From NCBI GenBank assembly GCA_902800245.1, contig CADCDY010000003.1, positions 27,534 through 91,533 of the forward strand: a DNA stretch of 64,000 nucleotides, given 5' to 3'. This document shows, piece after piece, positions 43,350-53,387 of the stretch. The notes under the pieces were generated by a model. It did not search any database and had not been told where the DNA came from. It saw only the letters and a list, made by a program, of their open reading frames with translations. Both the position numbers and the translations under genes were made by a program. Position 1 is the first letter of the stretch; every line of letters begins with the position of its first letter. Origin of the DNA: an uncultured Prevotellaceae bacterium (GTDB taxonomy: Bacteria > Bacteroidota > Bacteroidia > Bacteroidales > Bacteroidaceae).

Positions 43350-44229
43350 TTAATTCTTTTAAAATATCACTCATGCGCTGCATATTCTTGATGCGCATAG
43401 GCACCAGAGGCAGGCGCAACACATTCTCGATAAAGCCCATCTCGCTGAGCATAGCCTTCACACCGGCGGGATTGCCGTCGACGAAGAGCAGCGAGAAAAG
43501 GTCGGTGAAGCGGTGGTGAATCTTGCGGGCAGGGTCGTACTCGCCGCGCATCTGCAGGCGAATCATCTTCGAAAACTCCTTCGGCAGCGCATTGCCAATG
43601 ACACTGATGACACCGACGGCACCACACGACACCATGGGGAACGTCAGGGCGTCGTCACCACTGATGACGTCGAAGTCGTTGGGCTTGTTCTTGATGATTT
43701 CGTCAACCTGCTCCAGATTGCCCGAAGCCTCCTTGATGGCCACGATATTCTCGCAATCGTTAGCCAGACGCACCGTCGTAGCAGCCGTCATATTGACGCC
43801 CGTACGTCCGGGAACGTTATACAGCACCACTGGCAGCTTCGTGGCTGCGGCAATGGTCTTGAAATGCTGGTAGAGTCCTTCCTGTGAAGGTTTGTTGTAA
43901 TAGGGACATACGCTCAATATGCCGTCGATACCCTTGAAGTCGCGCGTCTGGAGCTCTTCGACGATGGCTGCGGTATTGTTACCGCCACAGCCTATGAGGA
44001 TAGGCACGCGGCCTCCCACCAGACTCACTATCGTCTCTTTGATTTTTTGCTTTTCGTCGGCAGTGAGCACGGGAGTCTCACCGGTAGTAGCCAGGATACA
44101 CAGGAAATCAGCACCGTTGTCGAGCTGATACTCGACAAGACGGACGAGAGACTTATAGTCCACCGATCCGTCCTCTTTGAAGGGCGTCACCAATGCTATA
44201 CCCAGCCCTTTGAAGATATTTCGTACCAT
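43342..44229 (-). CDS. dapA: 4-hydroxy-tetrahydrodipicolinate synthase
   Basis: ALVTPF, ATTGE, PYYNKPSQEG, YNVPGRTG, IKEASG and SGDD motifs. Confidence 0.96.
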   Translation of the reverse strand: MVRNIFKGLGIALVTPFKEDGSVDYKSLVRLVEYQLDNGADFLCILATTGETPVLTADEKQKIKETIVSLVGGRVPILIGCGGNNTAAIVEELQTRDFKGIDGILSVCPYYNKPSQEGLYQHFKTIAAATKLPVVLYNVPGRTGVNMTAATTVRLANDCENIVAIKEASGNLEQVDEIIKNKPNDFDVISGDDALTFPMVSCGAVGVISVIGNALPKEFSKMIRLQMRGEYDPARKIHHRFTDLFSLLFVDGNPAGVKAMLSEMGFIENVLRLPLVPMRIKNMQRMSDILKELKI

Positions 44230-44317
44230 ATAAAAATTAAGAATTCTTACTTATCGTGCGCAAAATTACTAATTTTTATTGGAAACGAGTAGCATTTTGC
44301 AAAAAAAATATCATTTT

Positions 44318-44866
44318 TCAGTGCAAATATGCATAAAAGTACCAATAAGTGCCTTCATATTGACGGAAAACTGCCACCTGACGAGCCTTCTTGTCGGGAT
44401 ATTGTGCCTCAAGACGCTGCATATCCTGATAGTCGGTCTCCAACACCTCGTCCTGATAGTTGACCGGACGGTTCGAGCGCAGGTGATTGTACTGTATCAA
44501 AGCCTGCTTGTAGTAACGGGGCAGCTGCTTGTCAATCTTGTAATGGCGCGGCAGCACTTCGGCAAAACGGTCAAGGTCTTTGTTGATGAGGTATCCGCAG
44601 AGCTCGTAGTCGCCACCTTTCTTGATAAACTCATCACCCTTACCGGTAATGGGATACTGGAAGAGGCGTTCACCCAGCAGGTGTTCGTGGTTCAGCGCCT
44701 CCATACGCAGCTGGAGCAGTTTGCGGTTCGTCTTGTCAGAACGTTCGCCAACCTTCAAGGCCTCCTGATAGTCACCTTTGGCCATGAGGCTCTCCATGTG
44801 CTGAGCGTACAGATCTACGTCACGAGGAGCAATGGCTATGCCGATGACAAGCATCAGCACAGCCAT
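44318..44866 (-). CDS. Hypothetical protein resembling the C-terminal part of DUF6057-type proteins
   Basis: N-terminal hydrophobic stretch; LGERLFQYP, DYELCGYLINKDLDRF and C-terminal TYWYFY. Start uncertain. Confidence 0.6.
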   Translation of the reverse strand: MAVLMLVIGIAIAPRDVDLYAQHMESLMAKGDYQEALKVGERSDKTNRKLLQLRMEALNHEHLLGERLFQYPITGKGDEFIKKGGDYELCGYLINKDLDRFAEVLPRHYKIDKQLPRYYKQALIQYNHLRSNRPVNYQDEVLETDYQDMQRLEAQYPDKKARQVAVFRQYEGTYWYFYAYLH

Positions 44867-44918
44867 GATGAGAGATATTGAATTCTTCAATTCTCTAATT
44901 CTTGATGAAAAAACACGT

Positions 44919-47024
44919 TTACAGTTTTCTGAGGACGACAGCTGAACGGGCAGGGATATAGAGCTTGAGCCACTCCTTCTTGTCCTGCACATACAGCGGG
45001 TCGTAGTTGGTGAGGTGGGTAATGGTGTCGTCGGCAAAGCCATTGCCGCCAAACTCCTTCGCATCGGTGTTCAATACCACCTCATAAGAGCCCGTAGGAA
45101 CGAGGAAGCCGTAGTCGGTATACGAACGTGTGGGCGAGAAGTTGAAGACGAAAACGAGGTCGCCACGCATGTAGCACAGCACCTGGTCACCATCGTCGTG
45201 CCAAATCTCAGTCACAGGCGTTGCCTGGAAGTTCTTCTGCGACTTGATGACCTCCAGCATCTTACGGTCGAAATCGCCGAGCCAGTGGTAGCAGAGGTCT
45301 TTGTTGTCCACGAGGTTCCACTGACGACGGGCATACTTGTACGACCAGCCGTTGCCCTCGCGTGGGAAGTCAATCCATTCGGGATGTCCGAACTCGTTGC
45401 CCATGAAATTGAGGTAACCGCCATTGATGGCACCAGCCGTCACGAGGCGGATCATCTTGTGCAGGGCGATACCGCGCTGAGCGAGGTCGTTGACGTCCTT
45501 CTTGGCGAAGTGCCAGTACATGTCGGCATCAATCAGGCGGAAGATGATGGTCTTGTCGCCCACCAAAGCCTGGTCGTGCGACTCGCAATACGAGATGGTC
45601 TTCTCGTCAGGACGGCGGTTTTTCACTTCCCAGAAAATGCTGCAGACGTTGATATCCTCGTCGCGCACTTCCTTGATGGTTTTGATCCAGTAGTCGGGGA
45701 TGTTCATCGCCATACGGTAGTCGAAGCCGTAGCCACCATCTTCGAACTTAGCAGCAAGGCCGGGCATACCGGAAACTTCCTCAGCAATGGTGATAGCGTT
45801 CTTGTTGACCTCGTGAATGAGGCAGTTGGCCAGCGTCAGGTAGCAGATGGCATTGTCGTCCTCGTGACCGTTAAAGTAGTCGCCATAGCCTCCAAAGGCC
45901 TCACCGAGACCGTGCGAGTAATACAACATAGAGGTAACGCCGTCGAAGCGGAAACCGTCGAACTTGAACTCCTCGAGCCAGTATTTACAGTTGGAGAGCA
46001 GGAAGTGGAGTACGTCGTCCTTACCATAGTCGAAGCACAGCGAGTCCCAAGCGGGATGCTCGTGGCGGTCGCCCTCGTAGAAGAACTGGTTGGGGTCGCC
46101 AGCGAGGTTGCCCAAGCCTTCGACCTCGTTCTTTACGGCGTGCGAGTGAACGATATCCATAATGACGGCAATGCCCATCTTGTGAGCGGTGTCAATCATC
46201 TCCTTCAAATCCTCAGGTGTGCCGAAACGGCTGGAGGGAGCAAAGAAGCTGGAAACGTGATAGCCGAAGGAACCATAATACGGGTGCTCCTGAATGGCCA
46301 TTACCTGAATGGCGTTATAGCCGTCCTTCTTGACACGGGGCAGCACGTTCTCCGTGAATTCCTTGTAGGTACCGACTTTCTCGGCATCCTGAGCCATACC
46401 CACGTGGCACTCGTAAATCAACAGCGGAGACTTATTGGGCTTAAAGGTCTTTTTCTTCCACTCGTAGGGCTTTTCGGGGTTCCACACCTGCGCAGAGAAT
46501 ATCTTCGTCTGGTCGTCCTGTACGACGCGACGGCACCAGGCGGGAATACGCTCGCCTTCTCCCCCATTCCACTTCACCTTCATCTTATAAAGCTGACCGT
46601 GTTTGAGGGCTTTTTCCGAGAGTTTCAGTTCCCAGTTGCCGGTTCCTTCAATGCGCTTGCACTTGTATTTCTCGTCCTCTTGCCAGTTGTTGAAGTCACC
46701 AATGAGGTAGATTTCTGTGGCGTTAGGTGCCCACTCGCGGAACACCCAGCCCTTGGCGAGCTTGTGGAGACCAAAATAGAGGTGACCGCTGGCAAAGTCA
46801 GACAGCGTCTTCTTGCCGTTACGCGTCAACTGACCAATCTTCCACAAAGCATGGTCGTGACGGCCTCGGATAGCCTGCTCGAAAGGTTCGAGCCAGCCGT
46901 CGTCGCGCACCAGTCCAATATGTTGGGGAACTTCTACCTTTTTCTTCGGAGCTGCTTTCTTTGCAGCAGTTTTCTTTGCAGGAGCCTTCTTGGCTGCTGT
47001 CGTTGTTTTCTTCGTTGTTGCCAT
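44919..47024 (-). CDS. glgB: 1,4-alpha-glucan branching enzyme (GH13)
   Basis: FREWAPNA, IYECHVG, SFGYHV, DGFRFDGVTSM, IAEEVSG, ESHDQ and NFMGNEFGHPEWIDFPR motifs. Confidence 0.95.
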   Translation of the reverse strand: MATTKKTTTAAKKAPAKKTAAKKAAPKKKVEVPQHIGLVRDDGWLEPFEQAIRGRHDHALWKIGQLTRNGKKTLSDFASGHLYFGLHKLAKGWVFREWAPNATEIYLIGDFNNWQEDEKYKCKRIEGTGNWELKLSEKALKHGQLYKMKVKWNGGEGERIPAWCRRVVQDDQTKIFSAQVWNPEKPYEWKKKTFKPNKSPLLIYECHVGMAQDAEKVGTYKEFTENVLPRVKKDGYNAIQVMAIQEHPYYGSFGYHVSSFFAPSSRFGTPEDLKEMIDTAHKMGIAVIMDIVHSHAVKNEVEGLGNLAGDPNQFFYEGDRHEHPAWDSLCFDYGKDDVLHFLLSNCKYWLEEFKFDGFRFDGVTSMLYYSHGLGEAFGGYGDYFNGHEDDNAICYLTLANCLIHEVNKNAITIAEEVSGMPGLAAKFEDGGYGFDYRMAMNIPDYWIKTIKEVRDEDINVCSIFWEVKNRRPDEKTISYCESHDQALVGDKTIIFRLIDADMYWHFAKKDVNDLAQRGIALHKMIRLVTAGAINGGYLNFMGNEFGHPEWIDFPREGNGWSYKYARRQWNLVDNKDLCYHWLGDFDRKMLEVIKSQKNFQATPVTEIWHDDGDQVLCYMRGDLVFVFNFSPTRSYTDYGFLVPTGSYEVVLNTDAKEFGGNGFADDTITHLTNYDPLYVQDKKEWLKLYIPARSAVVLRKL

Positions 47025-47067
47025 AATATTAATGTAGGGTTATTAGCGATTGTAGGGTTATTAGGGA

Positions 47068-47514
47068 TTAGGCCTTCACTTTGAAGATAGCCTTTTTAAT
47101 CTCGGGGAAACCTGTGATGCAGGGAGCGTGGCCGTCTTGCGGGAAGAAGATGACCATCATACCGGGCTGGCAGGTAACATAGCTGTCGGCAGCAAGGTCG
47201 GGAATCTTCGTAATATCCTTCTCGGCATTGTATTCGGCCTTCGGCAACTGGTCGCGCTGGGTATAGCCGAAGGTTTCCTCGCCAGACAGCGGAATCTGGA
47301 TGTCAATCATCTTGTCGTGGGTCTCAATGACGGCCTCCTCGGGGGAACGGCCTTTGGCAACCTGGATGTTGACGAAGAGGTCTTTGCCTACGATTTCGTG
47401 CTTACCGGGCTCAAGGGCATTGAGGTCGTGTTGAGCGAGGAACTCTACCACCTTCGGGAATAGCGGATTCACCGAGGCGTAATTCTTGAGGTTTTCAATC
47501 TTGTCGATAATCAT
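47068..47514 (-). CDS. YhcH/YjgK/YiaL family protein
   Basis: MIIDKI, ETHDKMIDIQ and FFPQDGHAP motifs. Confidence 0.9.
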   Translation of the reverse strand: MIIDKIENLKNYASVNPLFPKVVEFLAQHDLNALEPGKHEIVGKDLFVNIQVAKGRSPEEAVIETHDKMIDIQIPLSGEETFGYTQRDQLPKAEYNAEKDITKIPDLAADSYVTCQPGMMVIFFPQDGHAPCITGFPEIKKAIFKVKA

Positions 47515-47545
47515 AACAATCTTATTTTTAAGTAGTTAAACACAT

Positions 47546-48667
47546 TTATCTCTTTACTTGTCGCTTTCCGCGAACATAAGAACCTTGGGCAGTGATATTG
47601 CCGTTGCGGTCCTTTTCCACGAAGTCACCGTCACGTTTGTCGTCAACGTAAGTGCCCTCAAAGCGCTTGCCTTCCTTGTCTTCCTCGATGGCAGGACCGT
47701 TGCGCTTTCCGGCCTTGAAATGGCCCTTGAACTTCGAACCGTCGGCATAGCGGGCAATACCCTCGCCGTGTATCTTGCCGTCTTTGAACTGTCCCTCAAA
47801 GACATCACCGTTGGCACATGTCAGCTTGCCACGGCCATTGGGCTTGTCCTTCTTCCATTCGCCCTGATAGGTGTCGCCATGCTTCCACACGAGCATACCT
47901 TGTCCGGACTTGTCACCATTCAAGAACTGACCTGTATATTTGTCGCCATTCGCATAACGGAAAACTCCCTGTCCCGTACGCGAACCCTCGACATAGTCGC
48001 CCTCATAGACGTCGCCGTTTTGGAAGCGGTAGATGCCTTTGCCCTGCTGCCTGTCGTTGACGAACTGGCCTATATAGACGTCACCGTTGGAGTATTTATA
48101 CTGACCCTTGCCATTCTGGTGGTCATTCACCCACTGGCCGTCGTACACCGAGCCGTCGCCCCAGTCGAAACGGCCTTTGCCGCTCTTCTTGTCCTGTTTC
48201 CATTCACCGTCGTAGTAGGCACCGGCCTTGAACGTATAACGGCCGTGACCGTGACGCAAATCAGCTTTCCATTCGCCGTCATACTTGTCACCATTGTAAT
48301 AGTACATCACACCGTGACCCTCGCGGTCATCACGGTACCAAAGCCCTTCATACCTATTATTATTGGAATAATAGTACGTACCCTTACCATGCTGATGGTC
48401 CTGCATCCATTCACCCTCGTATTTCTCACCATCGGCGAAGGTGTAAATACCGAAGCCCTGACGCTTGCCCTTGACATATTCGCCCTCAAACATATCGCCG
48501 TCCTTCCATGTGGTACGTCCTTTGCCATGCGGCTTTCCTGCCTGCATCTCGCCCTGATAGCTGCCGCCGTCCTTCATCTTGTACGAGCCCAGTGTAATCT
48601 TCTGTGCCGACACCCCGAGTGCGGCCAATACCAATATAGTTGTGAGTATATATCTTGTCTTAACCAT
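47546..48667 (-). CDS. Secreted MORN-repeat protein
   Basis: Signal peptide followed by about 14 YxGxWxxxxxxGxGxxxxxxGxx repeats. Confidence 0.9.
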   Translation of the reverse strand: MVKTRYILTTILVLAALGVSAQKITLGSYKMKDGGSYQGEMQAGKPHGKGRTTWKDGDMFEGEYVKGKRQGFGIYTFADGEKYEGEWMQDHQHGKGTYYYSNNNRYEGLWYRDDREGHGVMYYYNGDKYDGEWKADLRHGHGRYTFKAGAYYDGEWKQDKKSGKGRFDWGDGSVYDGQWVNDHQNGKGQYKYSNGDVYIGQFVNDRQQGKGIYRFQNGDVYEGDYVEGSRTGQGVFRYANGDKYTGQFLNGDKSGQGMLVWKHGDTYQGEWKKDKPNGRGKLTCANGDVFEGQFKDGKIHGEGIARYADGSKFKGHFKAGKRNGPAIEEDKEGKRFEGTYVDDKRDGDFVEKDRNGNITAQGSYVRGKRQVKR

Positions 48668-48800
48668 AATTCTTAGTCGTATAATCAAAAACTTCACAAA
48701 GGTATAAAAAAATTTCCGATACTACCAAATATTTTACGGAAACTTATTCGTTTTTTGGATTTATTTTGTAATTTTGCGCCGTATTAAGATTTTTAGTAGT

Positions 48801-49541
48801 ATGAAATTCATTGCTATCATCCCCGCGCGCTACGCCTCATCGCGTTTTCCGGGCAAACCGCTGGCCATTTTGGGAGGCAAAACGGTCATCCAGCGAGTAT
48901 ATGAACAGGCTTCTTCCGTACTCGAAGAGGTGTATGTCGCTACTGACGACGAACGGATTTCCAATGCAGTCGAGGCTTTCGGAGGCCGTGTCGTTATGAC
49001 CCGTGCGGACCATAAAAGCGGTACCGACCGCATTGAGGAAGCGACTGAAAAAATCGGTACGAGCGCTGACGTCATCATCAATATTCAGGGTGATGAACCC
49101 TTTATCCAACAGTCTCAAATAAAAACTTTAATGCAACTGTTTGACTTCACTGAGACTCAGATAGGTACACTCGGAAAGCCATTCGATACAATGGATGCTG
49201 TTTTGAACCAAAACTCTCCAAAAATCGTATGCGACAAAAGAGGCTTTGCACTCTATTTCAGCCGTTCCGTCATTCCCTTCGTTCGGGGGCAGGAACAGGC
49301 CACTTGGATTGACCACTACCCATTCCTGAAACACCTCGGATTGTACGCCTATCGTCGTGAGGTTTTGCGTGAGGTTACCCGACTGCCGCAATCGCCCTTG
49401 GAACTTGCCGAGAGTTTGGAACAGCTTCGCTGGCTGGAGAACGGATACCGCATCCGCGTGGGTCTCACCGACGTCGAAACCGTCGGCATAGACACTCCCG
49501 AAGACCTCCGTCGCGCCGAGGAATTCCTCAAAAATCGATAA
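48801..49541 (+). CDS. kdsB: 3-deoxy-manno-octulosonate cytidylyltransferase
   Basis: IIPARYASSRFPGKPL, SGTDR, NIQGDEP, YFSRS and ESLEQLRWLENG motifs. Confidence 0.96.
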   Translation: MKFIAIIPARYASSRFPGKPLAILGGKTVIQRVYEQASSVLEEVYVATDDERISNAVEAFGGRVVMTRADHKSGTDRIEEATEKIGTSADVIINIQGDEPFIQQSQIKTLMQLFDFTETQIGTLGKPFDTMDAVLNQNSPKIVCDKRGFALYFSRSVIPFVRGQEQATWIDHYPFLKHLGLYAYRREVLREVTRLPQSPLELAESLEQLRWLENGYRIRVGLTDVETVGIDTPEDLRRAEEFLKNR

Positions 49542-49589
49542 AGACGCAAAATATTTGGATGTTTCGAAATTATTTTGTACTTTTGCAGT

Positions 49590-51296
49590 ATGAAAAAAAT
49601 AATCGTTTTAACAGCCGTTTTAATGAGCATGACAACCCTGATGGCCAAGTCGCCAAAGACCGTCACGCTACGTATCGTGGAGACGTCCGATGTCCACGGG
49701 GCGTTCTTTCCCTATAACTTCACCGAGCGCCGCGACATGAGTGGCACGATGGCCCGTGTGAGCAGTTACATCAAGCGTCAACGCAAGGAGATGGGCAATC
49801 GTCTGATTCTCCTTGAGAATGGTGATATCTTGCAAGGTCAGCCCACCTGCTATTACACCAATTTCGTGGCCACCGACAAGCCCAATATTGCCGCTGAGGT
49901 CGTCAACTACCTGAAGTACGACGCCCAGACATTCGGCAATCACGACGTGGAGGTAGGACACAAGGTTTACGACAAATGGATCAAGGAACTCGACTGCCCC
50001 ACTCTCGGTGCAAACATCATCAATACGGAGACCGGCAAACCCTATGTTGACCCGTACCTTATCATTGAGCGCGAGGGCGTACGCGTAGCTATCCTCGGTA
50101 TGCTGACTCCCGCCATTCCCAACTGGCTGCACAAGAATCTGTGGACGGGTATGCGTTTCGAAGAGATGGTATCTTGTGCGAAACGCTGGGTGAAGATCCT
50201 GCGCGAACAAGAGAAGGCCGACGTCGTCATCGGACTATTCCATAGCGGTTGGGACGGCGGTATCGTCACCGACACGTATGACGAAGATGCCACGCAGAAG
50301 GTTGCCGAACAGGTGGAGGGACTGGACGTCATTTTCTTCGGTCACGATCATCGGGAACGCAACACCACCGTTAAAAACGTGCTCTGCCTCGACCCTTCGT
50401 GTAACGCCCAGAAGGTGGCCGTTGCAACCATCCAGGTGAGCGGCGGCAAGGTTACCAGCAAGAAAGGCGAACTCGTCGATGTGACAAAGGAGCCCCTCGA
50501 TGAGGACTTCATGCGGCATTTTCAGCCCCGAATCAACGAGGTGAAGGCTTTCGTAGAGCGTAAAATCGGATTGTTCAACGACAACATGCTCTCGAGAGAC
50601 GCTTTCTTCGGTCCAGCAGCCTTCGTCGACCTCATCCACCAGTTGCAACTGGAACATACCCATGCCGACGTGTCTTTCACGGCTCCGTTGACATTTAACA
50701 GCGAGATTAAGGCAGGACCGGTGTATCAGAGTGATATGTTCAAACTCTACCGCTTCGAGAACGGCATCTACGTGGTACGTATGACAGGAAAGGAGATTCG
50801 CAACTTCCTCGAGATGTCGTACGACCAATGGGTGAACACAATGACATCGCCCGACGACCATATCATGCTGCTGGCTCCGAAGGTGGCCGGCGACAACCAA
50901 CGTGAGAATTTCAAGAACTTCACGTTTAATTTCGACTCTGCAGCAGGTATTGACTACGTCGTCGACGTCACCAAGCCCGACGGCCAGAAAGTGCACATCC
51001 TGCAGTTGTCTAATGGTCAGCCGTTCGACGAGAACGCATGGTATCGCGTGGCTATGAACAGCTATAGGGGTAATGGCGGCGGTGAACTGTTGGTGCGTGG
51101 AGCAGGCATCCCGTTGGACTCTATCCCACAACGTATAGAATACCAAAGTGAGCGTGACCAACGTCACTATCTGACGGAGAAGATTGAACGCGAGGGCAGC
51201 ATCACGCCAAAACCCTTGAACAACTGGCGCTTCATCCCCGAGGCATGGGCACTGCCCGCCATTGAACGTGACCGTAAATTGATTTTTGGAGAATGA
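49590..51296 (+). CDS. Bifunctional metallophosphatase / 5'-nucleotidase (CpdB/UshA-like)
   Basis: Signal peptide, TSDVHG, NGDILQG, GNHD, HSG, GHDH and NSYRGNGGG motifs. Confidence 0.92.
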   Translation: MKKIIVLTAVLMSMTTLMAKSPKTVTLRIVETSDVHGAFFPYNFTERRDMSGTMARVSSYIKRQRKEMGNRLILLENGDILQGQPTCYYTNFVATDKPNIAAEVVNYLKYDAQTFGNHDVEVGHKVYDKWIKELDCPTLGANIINTETGKPYVDPYLIIEREGVRVAILGMLTPAIPNWLHKNLWTGMRFEEMVSCAKRWVKILREQEKADVVIGLFHSGWDGGIVTDTYDEDATQKVAEQVEGLDVIFFGHDHRERNTTVKNVLCLDPSCNAQKVAVATIQVSGGKVTSKKGELVDVTKEPLDEDFMRHFQPRINEVKAFVERKIGLFNDNMLSRDAFFGPAAFVDLIHQLQLEHTHADVSFTAPLTFNSEIKAGPVYQSDMFKLYRFENGIYVVRMTGKEIRNFLEMSYDQWVNTMTSPDDHIMLLAPKVAGDNQRENFKNFTFNFDSAAGIDYVVDVTKPDGQKVHILQLSNGQPFDENAWYRVAMNSYRGNGGGELLVRGAGIPLDSIPQRIEYQSERDQRHYLTEKIEREGSITPKPLNNWRFIPEAWALPAIERDRKLIFGE

Positions 51297-52048
51297 AATA
51301 CTTCGTTTTTTGTCAGTCAGACCTTGTATTGGAAAAGATTGGCGACGCCTATCGGATACCCACCGAACAGCCCACAGAACTCAAACCTTGGACGACGGTG
51401 ATGGATATTGACGGCCACAAGGCCTACCGCATTGACCAACCACTGACGGGTTCCGAACGTTATGAGATGTGTCCGCTGCGACAAAGTTACTATAAATTGC
51501 CGGAGGAAGACTACCTGAAGGCCGGCAAGTGTCACGAACTGCTCTACTGGGATCAGAACACTAAGTTCTGCGGTGTCTGCGGAGGTCCTATGCGTTTCGA
51601 CACGCCCATCTCGAAAAAATGTGAGCATTGCGGCAAAGAGATATGGCCCCAGCTGGCAATCGCCATTATCGTGCTGGTCAGACGGAAGGACGAAGTCTTG
51701 TTGGTTCATGCCAACAGTTTCCGCGACGACCATTATGGGCTTGTGGCGGGCTTCGTAGAGACAGGCGAAACGCTGGAAGAAGCCGTCCACCGCGAAGTGA
51801 TGGAGGAAACCGGGCTGCACATCACTAACCTGCGCTATTTCGCTTCACAGCCGTGGCCCTACCCCTGTGGACTGATGGTTGGTTTCACTGCCGACTACGA
51901 CTCTGGAAAAATCCACCTACAACGCTCGGAGCTATCTAAGGGAGCGTGGTTTGACCGCAACCACCTGCCTCACATTCCCGAGAAACTCTCTATTGCGCGA
52001 CAACTCCTTGACTCATGGCTGGAAGAAGAAAACCGAAAATCCTGTTGA
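51293..52048 (+). CDS. nudC: NAD(+)/NADH diphosphatase
   Basis: FCGVCG...CEHCG zinc ribbon, Nudix box GFVETGETLEEAVHREVMEETG, and SQPWPYP. Confidence 0.95.
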   Translation: MKYFVFCQSDLVLEKIGDAYRIPTEQPTELKPWTTVMDIDGHKAYRIDQPLTGSERYEMCPLRQSYYKLPEEDYLKAGKCHELLYWDQNTKFCGVCGGPMRFDTPISKKCEHCGKEIWPQLAIAIIVLVRRKDEVLLVHANSFRDDHYGLVAGFVETGETLEEAVHREVMEETGLHITNLRYFASQPWPYPCGLMVGFTADYDSGKIHLQRSELSKGAWFDRNHLPHIPEKLSIARQLLDSWLEEENRKSC

Positions 52049-53376
52049 AAGCAACCCTGGCCATTGTCGCTCTTGGATTGTTCTACGCCTGCAACACACA
52101 GCCGCCCCGCATCCCCGAAAAGGTGGAGGTGCGCATCTATCAGCAGCCCCAGATGGATTCTGCGCTGGTTGCTGCCCAGCTAAACGAACTGGCGTACTAC
52201 CTGCGAACACATAACGTCACCGACGAGGGCTATAACCTCATTGCACAGTATAATACGCTACTGTCTAGATTTTCTAGAGACTCTAGAGATTCTAGAATCA
52301 TCACCACTCGCATTTCCGCCAAGGACCGTCTGTTGCCTGCTGTCAAGATTTCCGGTGGCTACTGGAAGGCGGGACATTTTCATTTAGGGCGCATCAATGG
52401 CCCCACCATACTGCAGGACTCCATTGGGCGCATCCTCTGCGCCATCTATGATGCCGATACCATCGTCAAGGTCATACGTACTGATTCGCTGGGAACCTAT
52501 CGCGGACAGATGAACAGCAATCTACAGGCTTCTGGACAAGGTACTTACGACGCGCTGGACGGTTCACACTACGAAGGATTCTGGGACAACGACCAGCGCA
52601 ACGGTTTTGGGTTTGAGTCGTCACCCCATCACGTACGAGTCGGAACATGGAAGAAGGATCGTTTTCTGGGTGAAAGGCTTCGCTATACCACTGAGCGCAT
52701 CTATGGTATCGACATATCACGTCACCAGCATGAAAAAGGTCGTAAGCGTTATGGCATCAACTGGCGTCAGCTACGTATTACCTCCCTCGGGTCGCGCCAT
52801 CCCGCTGGCGGGCAGACATTCCCCGTGTCGTTCGTGTATATCAAGAGTACTGAGGGAACGACCATCCGTAACCGTTACTTTATGACCGATTACACCAAAG
52901 CCAAACAACAGGGACTACGCGTCGGAGCTTACCATTTCTTCTCGCTGAAGACATCGGCACTGGCTCAGGCCACATTTTTCGTCAACCACACGCTGTTCCG
53001 CGACGGTGACTTCCCACCTGTACTCGACGTAGAACCCACCGACGCACAAATCAATGCCATTGGCGGAGACGAAGAACTGATGCGACGCATACGTACCTTC
53101 ATGGAATATGTGGAACGACGTACCCACATGCGTCCCATCCTGTATATCAACCAGATGTTCATCAACAAACATATGCAAAATGCTGCTGATATCAAGCAGA
53201 ACCACAACGTGTGGATAGCCCGCTACGGCGAATATAAACCCGATGTAAAACTAGTGTATTGGCAACTATCACCCGAAGGCCGCGTAAACGGTATCACCGG
53301 ACCAGTGGATATCAACGTGTTTAACGGCTATCAGGGACAGTGGGAGGACTTTATCAGAACAGGATTCCATCAGTAA
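52015..53376 (+). CDS. GH25 lysozyme-family lipoprotein with MORN-like repeats
   Basis: Lipobox-like FYAC, YEGFWDNDQRNGFG repeats, YGIDISRHQ, IKSTEG, GAYHFF, PVLDVE (DxE) and VDINVF. Confidence 0.87.
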   Translation: MAGRRKPKILLKATLAIVALGLFYACNTQPPRIPEKVEVRIYQQPQMDSALVAAQLNELAYYLRTHNVTDEGYNLIAQYNTLLSRFSRDSRDSRIITTRISAKDRLLPAVKISGGYWKAGHFHLGRINGPTILQDSIGRILCAIYDADTIVKVIRTDSLGTYRGQMNSNLQASGQGTYDALDGSHYEGFWDNDQRNGFGFESSPHHVRVGTWKKDRFLGERLRYTTERIYGIDISRHQHEKGRKRYGINWRQLRITSLGSRHPAGGQTFPVSFVYIKSTEGTTIRNRYFMTDYTKAKQQGLRVGAYHFFSLKTSALAQATFFVNHTLFRDGDFPPVLDVEPTDAQINAIGGDEELMRRIRTFMEYVERRTHMRPILYINQMFINKHMQNAADIKQNHNVWIARYGEYKPDVKLVYWQLSPEGRVNGITGPVDINVFNGYQGQWEDFIRTGFHQ

Positions 53377-53387
53377 GATGTAAGAGG

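Noticed and set aside
44318-44918. Possible 5' truncation of the DUF6057-like gene as a fourth deletion
   Set aside because: I could not identify a broken junction, and a short natural form with its own hydrophobic N-terminus is equally plausible without ortholog comparison.
45015-47084. Long antisense ORFs (689 aa opposite glgB; also 19420-20706, 47558-48676, 50235-51167, 27635-28696 and many shorter ones)
   Set aside because: They mirror clearly identified genes and have no motifs, as expected from codon bias in GC-rich coding DNA.
47546-48667. ~69-bp periodic DNA repeats
   Set aside because: They are fully explained by 23-aa MORN repeats in the encoded protein.
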